Assembly: GCA_023213395.1 (NCBI GenBank)
Contig: CM041465.1
Coordinates: 126,983,741 to 127,047,740 of the forward strand
Origin: Cycas panzhihuaensis
Taxonomy: Eukaryota; Plantae; Cycadophyta
Direction of reading: 5' to 3'
DNA length: 64,000 bases
The position numbers and the translations under genes were made by a program. Position 1 is the stretch's first letter, and every line of letters starts with the position of its first letter. Below the pieces are notes generated by a model, which saw only the letters and a program-made list of their open reading frames with translations, did not search any database and had not been told where the DNA came from. This document shows positions 29,316-41,000 of the stretch, piece by piece.

Positions 29316-30065
29316 AGCTAATCAAGGAGAAATTTACAATTAGAATCTTATCTTTGCTAGCCCATCCAAGATTTAGATATTCATATTTAAGAATACTTTA
29401 GACCTCTCATTCATTTTTCTTCTAGTCTCAATTTATAATCACCTCAAGAACTTTGCAATACCTCTAAAATAAGGCTAAACAAATAATAGTATGACAACCT
29501 AAGTTGGCTTGATTGGGAAATGCTCCTTCAAAGTCTAATTGTGAAGATCCCCCTTCACATGTTATAGAGTTAGAAGAAGAAGAAAAAAAGAATTAAACTT
29601 TATTGTTTTATTTTAAATTAACTTCGTGAGGATATTTATTCTTCAAGGATTTAATTCTATTTACATGTTTTTTTTCCTAAACTAATCAATTCAATTCTTT
29701 ATCTAACTTGGATGTATATGTGTTGGCTCAGTAGTAGATGTTGGGATAATTTCACAAGTGGTTACCTTAATTTTGAGCATAAGACCAAACTAGGTTTACA
29801 TAAGTCAATCCCAATCCCCATATCCTTTAATCAAACACTAAATATTTTTTTGACTTTTCCTTTTTAAATTCTCCATGTAGTCCTTTCAAGTCTAATTTAC
29901 AGAGATGTCCTTAAGATTTTTGTGTGCCTATTGTTGATTCCTTAATTTGTGACACTATAGACTTACCTTAATTACATCATGAGGAAGATTCCTATTCCTT
30001 GGCGGTAGATCCTATCAGAGTTGCCAAAGTTCTTTAAAGTTTTGATAAAACACTTATTTGATCCC
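29316..30065 (+). repeat. Dispersed repeat module F copy 1 (also 43220-43830 +, 46000-46720 -)
   Basis: aagctaatcaaggagaaa...gaagatcccccttcacatgttata...ctttaatcaaacact shared by the three copies. Confidence 0.9.
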
Positions 30066-30569
30066 TACTATTTATTGTCTTTATAGCTGAAGATGTCTTA
30101 TTCCCATCAAGTCTACTCTATTGCCCTTTAAGGTATGGAATCAAATACTATTAGGGGGAATATTTCTTGTTAGTTTGAAGCTACTTAGATAGCCTAAGAT
30201 TTTATTAATCACATCCCCTAACAAAGGTAGTTATTTAAAGGGGCTCTCCAGTTCACCTAGTATTACAATGGCTTAGGGCAAATAAATCTTAAGGAGGTTC
30301 GTCAAAGAATATTAACCATTATAACAAAAATGCCTCAAGATTTTTTTCATTTATATAATCAAATTTGGGTTATTTCCCCTTGTCGATAATTTTCTTAGAT
30401 GCAACTAAGCTCTTATTTATTATAATGACCTTGTTTAGTGATTAAAATCATCATTGCTTTGCAATAAGCCTAAACTAGAACATACTAGTCTATGAGTATA
30501 AACTAGAATAATATTTCATAATGAGACTTTGCTCTGCAACGAGGTTAAACTATAATTATCCAATTTTTT

Positions 30570-31393
30570 CTTAGCAAAAATTATGTGGGGCTTAACTCTA
30601 TAATGAGCTTAAACTAATTAAGTCTTCCAAAGAAGATAAGAAATAAAAGTTAATATAGAATGACATATTTTGAGAAAAGATAAGACCACCTAAGAAGACA
30701 AGCTCATAGCTAAGTTATAAAATCCAAAAATCTTTTCATAAATAAAAGGGGCCAGGTCAATCTATCATGCTCAAGAGGATTTTTTCTCATTAGATGGGAT
30801 TTATCACTTATCTAAGGAGCGATAGATTTGTATGTAGAAATGTTATATGAATCTTAGTTAGTTGGGTGTATCAAGTATTGATAAAAATTTACACAATAGT
30901 TTGTGAGCACAACACTCAAATTCTATTCAACTATTGCAAAGATCATTAGAGAGATTGGAGGACTATTCATATAAGTTTAGTATTAGCTACTTTATGCAGT
31001 ATTATTGATTGCCAATTAAACAAACTAATGGTAGATTTATATAAATGCTTATGATATTTCCTAATAGGTTTCTTTAACCTTAAACAAAACCACCTATGGT
31101 GCCCACTAATTTTGCCTCATAGTTACCTTAGGACTCTTATTTTAATGACGTTAAGAACGTACGTAGTGATACAATTAAACGTAGAGAATGGAAAGAAAAC
31201 CATTAAAGAATATCATAAGGAGAAGTCTTTTTAAAGCCCTTGCTTTGGTCACTACTATAAGAGGGAGTTTTGTGGGATTAGAGCTTTGAGAAAGAAACAA
31301 AGTCCAGCTTTGTATAAATTGTTGCGCAATGTATGACCCTTAAAAAAGTTCTGTCCTATAGAAAGGTTTAAACTCAAAGAGTTTTCTTAGAAA
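30570..31393 (-). mobile_element. Retroelement-derived repeat (probably gag/protease region of a Tat-like gypsy) directly downstream of, and overlapping, the kinase ORF
   Basis: Colinear with 35500-35886 plus 36464-36864 (e.g. gagattggaggactat.cata, actaatggtaga.tt.tat.aatgctt, ccatt.aagaatat.ataaggag.agtc.ttt). Confidence 0.75.
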
Positions 31394-32545
31394 TGAACGG
31401 CACTTTCCTGTGAAGAAATGGTGCTTTAAAGCTTCCTTAGCAGATAGACGCTGGTTGGGATCAAACCTCAACAAACCGTGAAGCAACTCAATGAGGGCTC
31501 CCGATGAGTGGTCCTCAGTTTGATTGACAAGTTTCCGTAGGGGGGCTAATCTCTGGACTGCTCGAACACACTCTCTGGATGCAGCCCCCTCTGGCCAGTT
31601 GAGTTCCGTGCCGTTTCTGATGTACACTCTTCCACATTGTGCTGCCCATTTCATCATATATTGCGGAATTGGTCCCAATACCCGCTCCATCATTGCGAGG
31701 TGCTCCAAATCTTCATGGGTCCGGAAAAGAGCATTTCCCGTGCATAATTCCACCAAAACGCACCCAACACTCCACAAATCACATGGGTAACTCCATCCAA
31801 TACCCATAATCACCTCAGGTGCTCGGTATCCTCTGGTGGTAACTACCGAGCTATGATGCCGGTCCTCAAATGTAGCGCTACCAAAATCTATGAGTTTAAT
31901 TGCATTTGGCATGTGAATGCAGTTATAATGCTTCTCAGGCACCTTTGCATATTCAGAAGAGACGAGAAGTATGTTCTTAGGCTTTAGGTCCGTATGTGCC
32001 AGTGTCAGGTCATGAATAAATGCAACGGCCTCCAAGAGCTGACGTGCGTATTCTCGAACCAGACAGATAGGCAAGGGCCGGTCATCGTTTTTACGTAATA
32101 CATCATATAAACTTGGTCCAAGCTTTTCACAAACAATGCACACATGGTTACGATAACTGAACCAATCCTTGAACTGTAAGCAGCCCCGGAATTCATTCCC
32201 ATCATACTCTGCCAACGTGCGGAGAACATCAATTTCAATCATAGCTGCAACACCATATTTCGGTACACTGCGTATAACCTTGATGGCTACATACTCTCCC
32301 TTTTCACGATCCCAACAATCTAAAACTCTTCCGTAAGTTCCTTCTCCCAGTTTGCCAATAATCTTGTATCGAGGTGTTAAATTTTCTCCAACCTCAAACA
32401 CGTAGTGCCCATCTTTATCATCTGGTCGCCATGGAGGGGATGCAAAGCCAATAGAAGATGAAGAACAACAACAAAGAGCACGGCCATGAATCGACCCCTT
32501 CTCCTTTTCGTCATCCTCCCTTCTCTTCCCCTGTGCGCTCCCCAT
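31340..32545 (-). CDS. AFC: LAMMER-family (AFC/CLK) protein kinase, intronless retrocopy, 401 aa
   Basis: SPPWRPDDKDGHYVF, GEGTYG, VAIK, AAMIEIDVL, HTDLKPKN, IDFGSA, YRAPE, EHLAMMERVLG signature. One uninterrupted ORF; ATG in gatATGG context with an in-frame TGA 4 codons upstream; CpG-containing and GC-richer than the flanks. Confidence 0.95.
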   Translation of the reverse strand: MGSAQGKRREDDEKEKGSIHGRALCCCSSSSIGFASPPWRPDDKDGHYVFEVGENLTPRYKIIGKLGEGTYGRVLDCWDREKGEYVAIKVIRSVPKYGVAAMIEIDVLRTLAEYDGNEFRGCLQFKDWFSYRNHVCIVCEKLGPSLYDVLRKNDDRPLPICLVREYARQLLEAVAFIHDLTLAHTDLKPKNILLVSSEYAKVPEKHYNCIHMPNAIKLIDFGSATFEDRHHSSVVTTRGYRAPEVIMGIGWSYPCDLWSVGCVLVELCTGNALFRTHEDLEHLAMMERVLGPIPQYMMKWAAQCGRVYIRNGTELNWPEGAASRECVRAVQRLAPLRKLVNQTEDHSSGALIELLHGLLRFDPNQRLSAKEALKHHFFTGKCRSFLRKLFEFKPFYRTELF

Positions 32546-32699
32546 ATCAAATCCTCAGCCAAGAGACCAACCAACCAACTTTTCCAGCGTGTGTATCGAA
32601 TTTCAGAATTTATTACACTGAAGGTCAGGACACTGTCCAGATAACAGTATCCACGAATTAGCGCGCTTAATGGCAGAAACCATAGAATCCTGATATTTT

Positions 32700-32800
32700 T
32701 CCTATGCGGCCTACCATTATATACATACATTTATGCCTGTGGCCGACTTAGAGGTGAGGCGGGCCACAACGCATACACCTCAGGCATATCCTTATTCCAT
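32700..32800 (-). promoter_or_regulatory. Candidate promoter of the kinase retrogene
   Basis: TATATAA on the - strand at ~32718-32724, about 175 bp upstream of the ATG. GTGGCC/GGCCAC motifs (TCP-site-like) at 32738-32768. CpGs retained. Confidence 0.35.
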
Positions 32801-33002
32801 ACCTCTCTCTTCTTCTAACTCTTCGTTCTCTTTCCCTTGTGGAAGGATAGAGTAGAGTAATTTCATCGGACGGCTATGGCCTTGCTAATATTTATCATCA
32901 TCCCTAAAACAAAAATCACCTCGGAGTGAACCACATTATGGACGCAACAAAGGAAAGCATGATACACTAAGTGAAATAGAATTATAATTCCCTTGGTGAT
33001 AC

Positions 33003-33075
33003 ATGCTTGATACATTAACGCTCCAATTTATTTAAAAGCATATGCTTGATACATTGATGCTCTCATTTATTTAAA
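33003..33075. repeat. 39-bp tandem duplication
   Basis: atgcttgatacattaacgctccaatttatttaaa / atgcttgatacattgatgctctcatttatttaaa. Confidence 0.85.
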
Positions 33076-33419
33076 TATAGTCTAACTTCCTCTATAACCT
33101 TCTCTTAAAACCCTACAACCATGTCTCTTTTATGCAATTGTTCAGGTACTTATTTATAAAGGACATGGTTCCCAATAGTTTGGGCCTCTATTGATGGAAA
33201 TGCAAGATTGAAAGGAAACACGAGGGAATAACATGGTATTGAATGACAACTTGCATGCTAAAAAATAAGACCCTCTCAAACATAATTAATGAAAATTAAA
33301 ACAAACTTAGATAGTGTCTCAATGATAAGACAATATAAATAAAAGTAAAAGAGTACAAATAAACCATAATAAATACAAATAATGGAAGATAGAAAGAACT
33401 TGATTTGTTAGTTCTTTGA

Positions 33420-36400
33420 AATGTGATTTATGGATAAAAGATTCAAGATAAATGTTATCGAAAGAAATGCTTAGGTTTTTGTCATCGATGATGGAAAGAA
33501 GATATGAACTATTATAAATAACCTTGATTACTATAAAAATGCCATGCCAACAAGAATGAAATTTATTAAGGTAAGTTCATTATTAGGTTAACCCAAAAGA
33601 AGAATGAAGTAAATAAGTTGAAAAGAAGAAAGATGAGCGATTTGATCATATGTTAAATTGACTCACATTTTAATATCTTCTAAACTATTAGAGTCATGGA
33701 AGCAATCTTCATCAAGGTTTTTTAGTTTAATGAGGCAAGTCTCAAAGGCTATGGTATTCAAAAGCTGGTTGCAGATATCTAGATGAAGTGTAGGAATTTT
33801 AGTTTCAATGGGAATTATAGATTCTTGACCATAAATAAGAGGAAATATGACAAATCCATTAGTGGTCATGACAATGACTCAATTAAGATATAAGGATATA
33901 TAAATTTGACAATGTCAATCGATTTCATATTTGTCAATAATAGTTTGCAAAAGTGATAATTAAGAGAATAGGCAAGATAGGACGATGTGAAAGGCAAGGT
34001 AGATACAAGCGGTATTTTTGGCAATGGAGCTATAAATGTTGAATGTTCTATGATATAAAGATGAGACACAAGAGTAATCAAGAGTGAAAGGATGTGGGCA
34101 TGACAAGGAATCCAATGGTATAAATGAACACAATGAATGTGGCCGTTTTAGGAAAAAATTACTGGCAAGACATATTATACAAGGGAAGGGCAATAAATAT
34201 TAAAAGAAGCTAACTTCAACTCCTTTTGCATAGGCAATTCCTTAACAAAAAAATACTATGGATCCATTTAACAGAGGAAGGAAGGTTGATAACAATGATG
34301 ACACATATAGATTGTGAACCATCATTATTAGTCTAAGGTTAAGACCCATCACAGAGGCAATATCAGTTTTAATTTTCTCAAATAGAAGGGAATCTCTATA
34401 AATATTAAGGGAGGCTGCATATTCATAAGAGGAGTTAGAAGCATCGTCTCCTAAATAAGAAGAATCCCCTAAGAGTATCAAAATAGTAGCAAAAATTAAA
34501 GTGAAAGAAGAGGTAGAAATCCTCACAAAAACTCAAGAAGAGAAGGTTAAAGAGTTATTAATTCAATAACAACATCGTCATCATTATCAAGAATATGAAT
34601 AGGATGAATAGAGGTAGAGTACAAATTTATTGCTAAAGGAAGATAACAAAACACCTTCAGAATCAAGCAAAGAAATGATAGTCAGCCTAGAGTTTAACCC
34701 TTGGATTGTTGAGTGAATGAAGGACAAGAAATAAACATTAACTCCTATGCAATTTTTAGTGCTTGATAAGGTCATTGAAGAAAATTTTTATTAGTGGGGT
34801 AAGTACGACATAAGTATAAAGAAATCCATTATGAAGGGAAAAAGGAAATTCAAAATAGCTATATGGTCAATTAAGGATGACACGATAATATAATCTATAG
34901 ACTTGTACTAAGTACTAGGAAATTAGTAAAGAATAAAGTATCTACTCTACAAGTTTAATTATAATAAACAATCCAAGAATATGAAGCCTAGAGAGTAGAG
35001 AACTTGACTCTAAGCCTTAAGTTAGAGCAGTTTAGGGACACTTGGCGAGGAGTTATGGGACAAGTTCTTAAAGGAGAGATTAAGTTGGAAATGAATGTGA
35101 TACTCAAGACCTCAGTAATTGCTACAGAGTTTTATAATCATCCAAAATCTGTTTAGATAAGATCTTTAAGAAGGAGAAAATCTTGAGGCCTCATTTATTG
35201 AAAATTTTAAGCTAAATTTTCTTTTTATATGAGAAAATCCAAGGAATAGAACAGATGGTTATTAAAACAAAATTAAATTAATCAGGAATATTCTTGTAAC
35301 TTAAAATTAGATTTATTAAGGAAGGGACCAATAGCAACATAATTCATAAGCCATCCATTCAAAAATAACAACATATTTTGGAAGTATGGATACATAAAGG
35401 TATAATAGTGATAGGAAATGCCATGGATCTAAATGTTGCTATAAATAATTATGTGGTTGAAATATTTTATATCATCCCATATCTAAATTCAATTATATAA
35501 CATGAGGAAAAAATCATGGATAACTAAGCTAACTAGGTCTTTGAAAGAAGATATGAAATGGACATTAATATAAAATAACCACTTAGAAAGATAAACTTAT
35601 GACTAGCTTATAGAATTTAAAAACTTTTTATAACCTAAGGGGCTAGGTTAATATGTCATACTCAAGAGAATTTTTTCTCAAAAGATGGGCTTTATCACTT
35701 ATCTGACAAGTGGTAGTCCTCCTTGGAGAAATGTTGCATGAATCTTTGTTAGTTATGTATACTTAGTATTAATAGAAATTTATGCAATATTTCTTGAGCA
35801 TGATGCTCAAGTTCTGTTTAACTATTACAAAGGTAGTTCGTGAGATTGGAGGACTATGCATACATAAGTCTAACATTAGTTACTTTTGTTGCGTATGTGA
35901 CAACAATATATAAGGATGCTAAAATTTTGACTTGCTTTTGGTGCAAATTTTCCCACCAACTTCTCTCTTGGGGTGTGGGGAGGCTAGCCCCTATCCACTA
36001 TTGTTGTTAGGGGTCCAAGGCAGGCATCACCCTCAAAATAAAATTTTAAGGTTCAAAACCTATCAAATATTAAAGAGAATCAATGTTGTTTATCACAAGA
36101 CCCTAGATTTGACAACTAAAATTTTGTACTTTCTTATGATACTCTTCATGCAACCTACATTCAGTAATTTGGTTATTATTGTTATTACTTTGAGAGCTTT
36201 GTGGGAGCTATAGTACATATTTCTATTCTTGATCAATAAAGCTTCATACCTTTCCTGTGTAGATGTTTCCCTACCACTCTATTAGGATTTTACCATGTTA
36301 AATTTGGTGTACATAGTAATTCTTATGCTTTTCATGTGTATACGTTGATTTATCTCTCGTTTACGTACTTGCATTTGATTATAGTTTTAAATCTTGTTCT

Positions 36401-37200
36401 TATTACAAAATAGAAATGTTCCTGGTGATAGATTCGGTTAGTTAAAACTAGGTTTTCTCAATAACTTTATATGGTAATCTTGATGGTTAAGTAAATTAAC
36501 TAATGGTAGAATTGTATGAATGCTTTGAGTCTTTCATAGTAATTTTCTTCAACCTCAAATGAAATCACATATGGTACGTGTTAGTTTTAACTTACAGTTA
36601 CCTTGGGTGTTTTACTTTGATGACCTTAGGAATGTATGTAGTAATAAAATTATACATAGATGATGGAAGGAAGACCATTGAAGAATATTATAAGGAGGAG
36701 TCCTTTTAAATCCCTTGGTTTAGTACCTAGCGTGGGAGGAAGTGTTGTGATATTAGAGATTTACAAAAGAAAGAACAAATTTGTATAAAATTCCCCATAC
36801 CTCAAACTCCCCATAGAAGTTATCTCCCATAGAAAGGTTTGAGTTTAAAGTGTTATATAAGAAACATAATCATTTATAAGAGGAGGCTATATGAGATGAA
36901 GTTATGCAAGAGACTTATTTTGTGCAGAAGGTATTTATATAAATAGTATAAAAGAAAAACTAATGAAAGGATGTACCGTATAAGACACAACCACATAAAA
37001 GGTGTCCGTTTAAAAAATAAACATAAATAGAAGTTTTATGAGAAGAAGCATTGGAAGAGATATGAATATGAGAGTGCATTCTATAATTTGGACACTTGTA
37101 AAATGAAGGATTATAAAATATAGTTCTCATGCTTATGGTTAAGAGGGGTTTCATTAAAACATTAGAATTAATTTTTTATTTACATATGGACCATACATTT
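33420..37200 (-). mobile_element. Decayed Tat/Ogre-like Ty3/gypsy (gag?-protease-RT-RNase H-integrase)
   Basis: Integrase tail LIYGQESIIPIETKIPTL...LKNLDE and KFHSCWHGIFIV (degenerate KF..W.GPY); RNase H-like SYEYAA...IYRDSLL; protease-tail-like EFRYGDDIK near 35480. Confidence 0.7.
35887..36463 (+). mobile_element. Solo LTR (577 bp) with 5-bp TSD
   Basis: TGTTG...TCAATA (CA>TA) flanked by ACTTT at 35882-35886 and 36464-36468; absent from the paralogous sequence at ~30990. Confidence 0.9.
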
Positions 37201-38061
37201 AAGTGGCATAATAAGATCCAATTGATTTTGATATACATAAGTTTATAATAAATATATTAGATAGTAGCAGAACACATGCAATATGATGGAAACTAAATTG
37301 AATAATTATGCCAACCTCTTACATTTGTTGCATCATTGTTTCAACAGTGAATAGAGTGGAGGATTTCAAATAAACCAAGAGTATAAATAGAGTGATAATT
37401 AGATTACATATAAAAGAAGGATGGTAAATGAAGAGGAGGTTAGCTCAACCAAAATAGGTTAGAGGATAGCGATAAAATTAGACCCATGGGTAGCAACTAG
37501 ACTCTAAGATAGGGAGTTAGTGTTGATGCTTAATCCAACATTGATATTTGATATGAAAGTTAAGGATAGATTGTATTAATGGGACAAGCAGTAAAAGAGC
37601 CTAAAGAAAATACTAGTGAGGAAAAAGAAAATGGTAAAATCGTCTACTTAGCCTACTAAAGAAGATAATATAATTGAAACTATGGATTTACATTTAGATA
37701 TTTAAGCATAAAAGATGAGGTCTTAAATTTTCAAGCTCGACTATAATAACTGATGAGAGAAAATGCCACCATAAAGGAAGAGAATGTAGTTCTAAATAAA
37801 AAGCTAAGCTAGCTATAAAATACTTGGTAGGAACTCATTAATGATATATTAAGTAAAGAAATTAGACTTGAAATAACATAGTTAAATAATGCTTTAATAG
37901 CTTTGATTAAAATTGTAAAGTCCACTAAAAGGTTTGTAGAAAAAATCCTTAATGAGGATCAATTTTTAAAGCCTCATATGTGGATATTCTTTTATTAAGT
38001 TTGTTCCTTATATAATAAAATTTAGATGAAAACTACAGAAAGCATATTCAATGCAGTGACT

Positions 38062-41000
38062 ATTTGAATATGTGATTTATCATGTATGTAATGTTTAATA
38101 TTAATAATGTGGACACATACATAAACCCACACACCAAATGAATTGAGGGATGTGAAACATGTATTTATCAATGTAAAGATCCTATTGAATGATGGAAAGG
38201 CTTAAGAGAAATTATAGGCCACTTATGTGATGATCATTAATAATAAACATATATACACACCACTTGAGAACTTGAGAAAGTAGATGTACTTATTTTAATA
38301 TCTAAAATGAGATTTTGTGAAGACAGGTCCCAAGCCTATTAGAGCTTAGATAGTAACCATGTTATAAAAGATGTTATGGAAGCAAGAAGGAATTTTATTG
38401 AAGCCAATTTGATGAGATAATATGCTAGTGATAAAGTCAATAACAAAGGTAGTATATGAGCTAGTTATGAGGTGAATCTAATGAGGCAAAAACCTGAATA
38501 TACCAATTATGTCAGTGATATATGACCATGATTCTAAGGCCAGATGAAGTTAATGATAAGATTTACTTACAAGGGTGAAGATCCACATATAGATGACAAA
38601 TAAAGTCATATGATAAAAGCAATAAATCGATGGTATGTTGATATATTAATTTTATATGGGCAATTATAGTTTAGCATATTATATATACATTCTAGAATAT
38701 ATAGGTGTTAAGCAAATCCACCAGATATTATTATCAGTTATTTCACCTATTTATGTCATTCACTTGCAAAATTGACCAAGATTTTATGAGCTAGATATCT
38801 CACAAAACCTCATAATTAGCAACAACCCAAATATATTAAGGTATGATAACAAGTAATATTTTATTAGTAAAGATATTTCAGTTCATAGTGAAGGCATTTG
38901 TAAGTTTCTTGCTCTTGAATTTGGATACATTATCACTAATGAAACATTCTAAAGGCCTTTTTTATTGTCTCATAATAAATATTTGTTGGTAGAATGAAGC
39001 TAATATCCCATCAATAAAATAAGAACATGGAACATGTTGATTTATTAGAGTGATTTAACTGACATATGAAATAAAAATATAAGGGCATTATTATATTAAA
39101 GGGCATGTTACATTATTAACACGTGTGATGAGAATATGAGGGTAAGAGCAAATAAAAAATTGATAGTTATGACTAGGGTTTAAAGATTAATGTTGTTGCA
39201 GAGTATTGTATTATGTTGTAACACAAGCAAGTTTGTTGAATTCCCTTATGTTTTTAGGGAATGTCTCTTAAACTCTACTATTGCATAAATAAGCTTTTAA
39301 GGAGCAAAGTCCCTAGCCATTTGAAATAGTTTAGAAACATACTTCTCATTTTCACCCATATATTTGGAAAGAAGGTTTGAGGAAGAAATGTTATAAAACA
39401 TTAAATCTACTTTAGTCATAATGACTTTACTAAGTATAACTTTCCTGTCCTAAGAAATCCATATAGAAGAAAAATTATTTAGGGATTTTGCTTCTCTATA
39501 AAAAATTGAGAAACCTTCATGGGAAGAATGATAACCTCTTTGGCACTCTCAAACCTTGCCAAATTACTGCACTTACAATTAGTGGGGAATAATCTATGTA
39601 ACAAATAACACTCTAAATAGCATTATTTAAATAACACTGAGTTCCCTAGGACCACCTGACATCTGTATTAACTTCAAATTTAGAAACCTCAAATCTAATA
39701 GAAATGAGAATGGAACAAAGATCGAGATGAATCTCTCAATGCTATAACTCTTCCTATAAATAACCAAACATAAAGGAAGTGATTATAGAATCCATCATGT
39801 AAAGATTATGCTTTACCCATACTACACCTGTGAAAAACAAGAGCTACCTATGAAGAAGATCTAAACCAAATGGAGAAATCAATAAAGTCTTGACATATAA
39901 AGTTTCTTTATTATCACACAAACATGGAATAAATGCCATGTAATATCACACTAGTAAAGACATAGATATTAAGTATAGAGTCATCCATCATACAAAGAGA
40001 GATAAGACATAACCATAGGTCATATATAAATCAAACACATGTTCTTAGCAGATATACATGTAAACCTAAAGTTGACCAGACACAAATAACAATCATAAGG
40101 TAATATGTAGAAGCATTAACTACCTTTATAAAAGATTTGATAATTTATAGATAATTTTTTGATATTATAAGATAAATTCAAAGCCATTATAAAAAATTAA
40201 ATTGCATAGAATTTTTAAATCCATTACCCCCTCTAATTTATAAGTAAATGGTTAGATGGAGGGATAATGTAATTGGGGACTTATTAGAAAATGAAGTGAA
40301 CTTCAAATGTTAATAGGTAAGATTGAATAATTTTTTAAAAACTAAAAAATGATAAATTAAAATTTATTTTAGAATTTACAACTCTTTTTTAAAGGATCAC
40401 ACACATTTTTAATACATACTATCACTCTTTTGAGTATAACCTTTCACTAAAGTATCAAAATTGGGTGTCATCAATTGCATTAGAAAGAGAATTTTAGAAT
40501 GGTTCAAACCAATGGTCTTAAGACATATTTCAAAGATTCGATGGCAAGGATATTAACAAGAAAAGTTGATAAAAATGCTCTTAACCTCATAAAAGATGTA
40601 TTTTATAATATATTTCTAAAAAACTTCTAGATATTTTGATGTTTTCAAAGGCTCTCAATATGATAATAATATTATTACTGATTAATGAAGAATAAAAAAG
40701 GAAGTTTCATTTAAAAATATATATATAAATGTTTATTTATAATATTTAAAGGCTCAAAATATATAAAAAACATATGATGTAGGACATATTTATTGAAATA
40801 TTAATGTGAAAATATTCTTAATATACTAAAAGTGAAAAATCCCATTGGAATTTTAACATTTGGTTTAGTGAAGTACATGTCACTAATCAAATGATAAGAT
40901 TACCTAATTTATTTAGACACTTATTTTTGAATAAAAGATTAATAAAACCTATTTGATAATGATGATACTACCTCATTTTAATAAAGGGCCTATTTTGACT

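Noticed and set aside
32440-32482. Pyrimidine-rich tract as a possible intron acceptor before SPPW
   Set aside because: It ends in TTGCAT, not AG, and the frame is open through it. Only cDNA can fully exclude splicing.
31524-32661. Antisense and alternate-frame ORFs over the kinase
   Set aside because: Shadow ORFs with no recognisable motifs.
32377-32730. 117-aa ORF overlapping the kinase start as a possible frameshifted native N-terminus
   Set aside because: No AFC N-terminal motif, and it starts upstream of the candidate TATA box.
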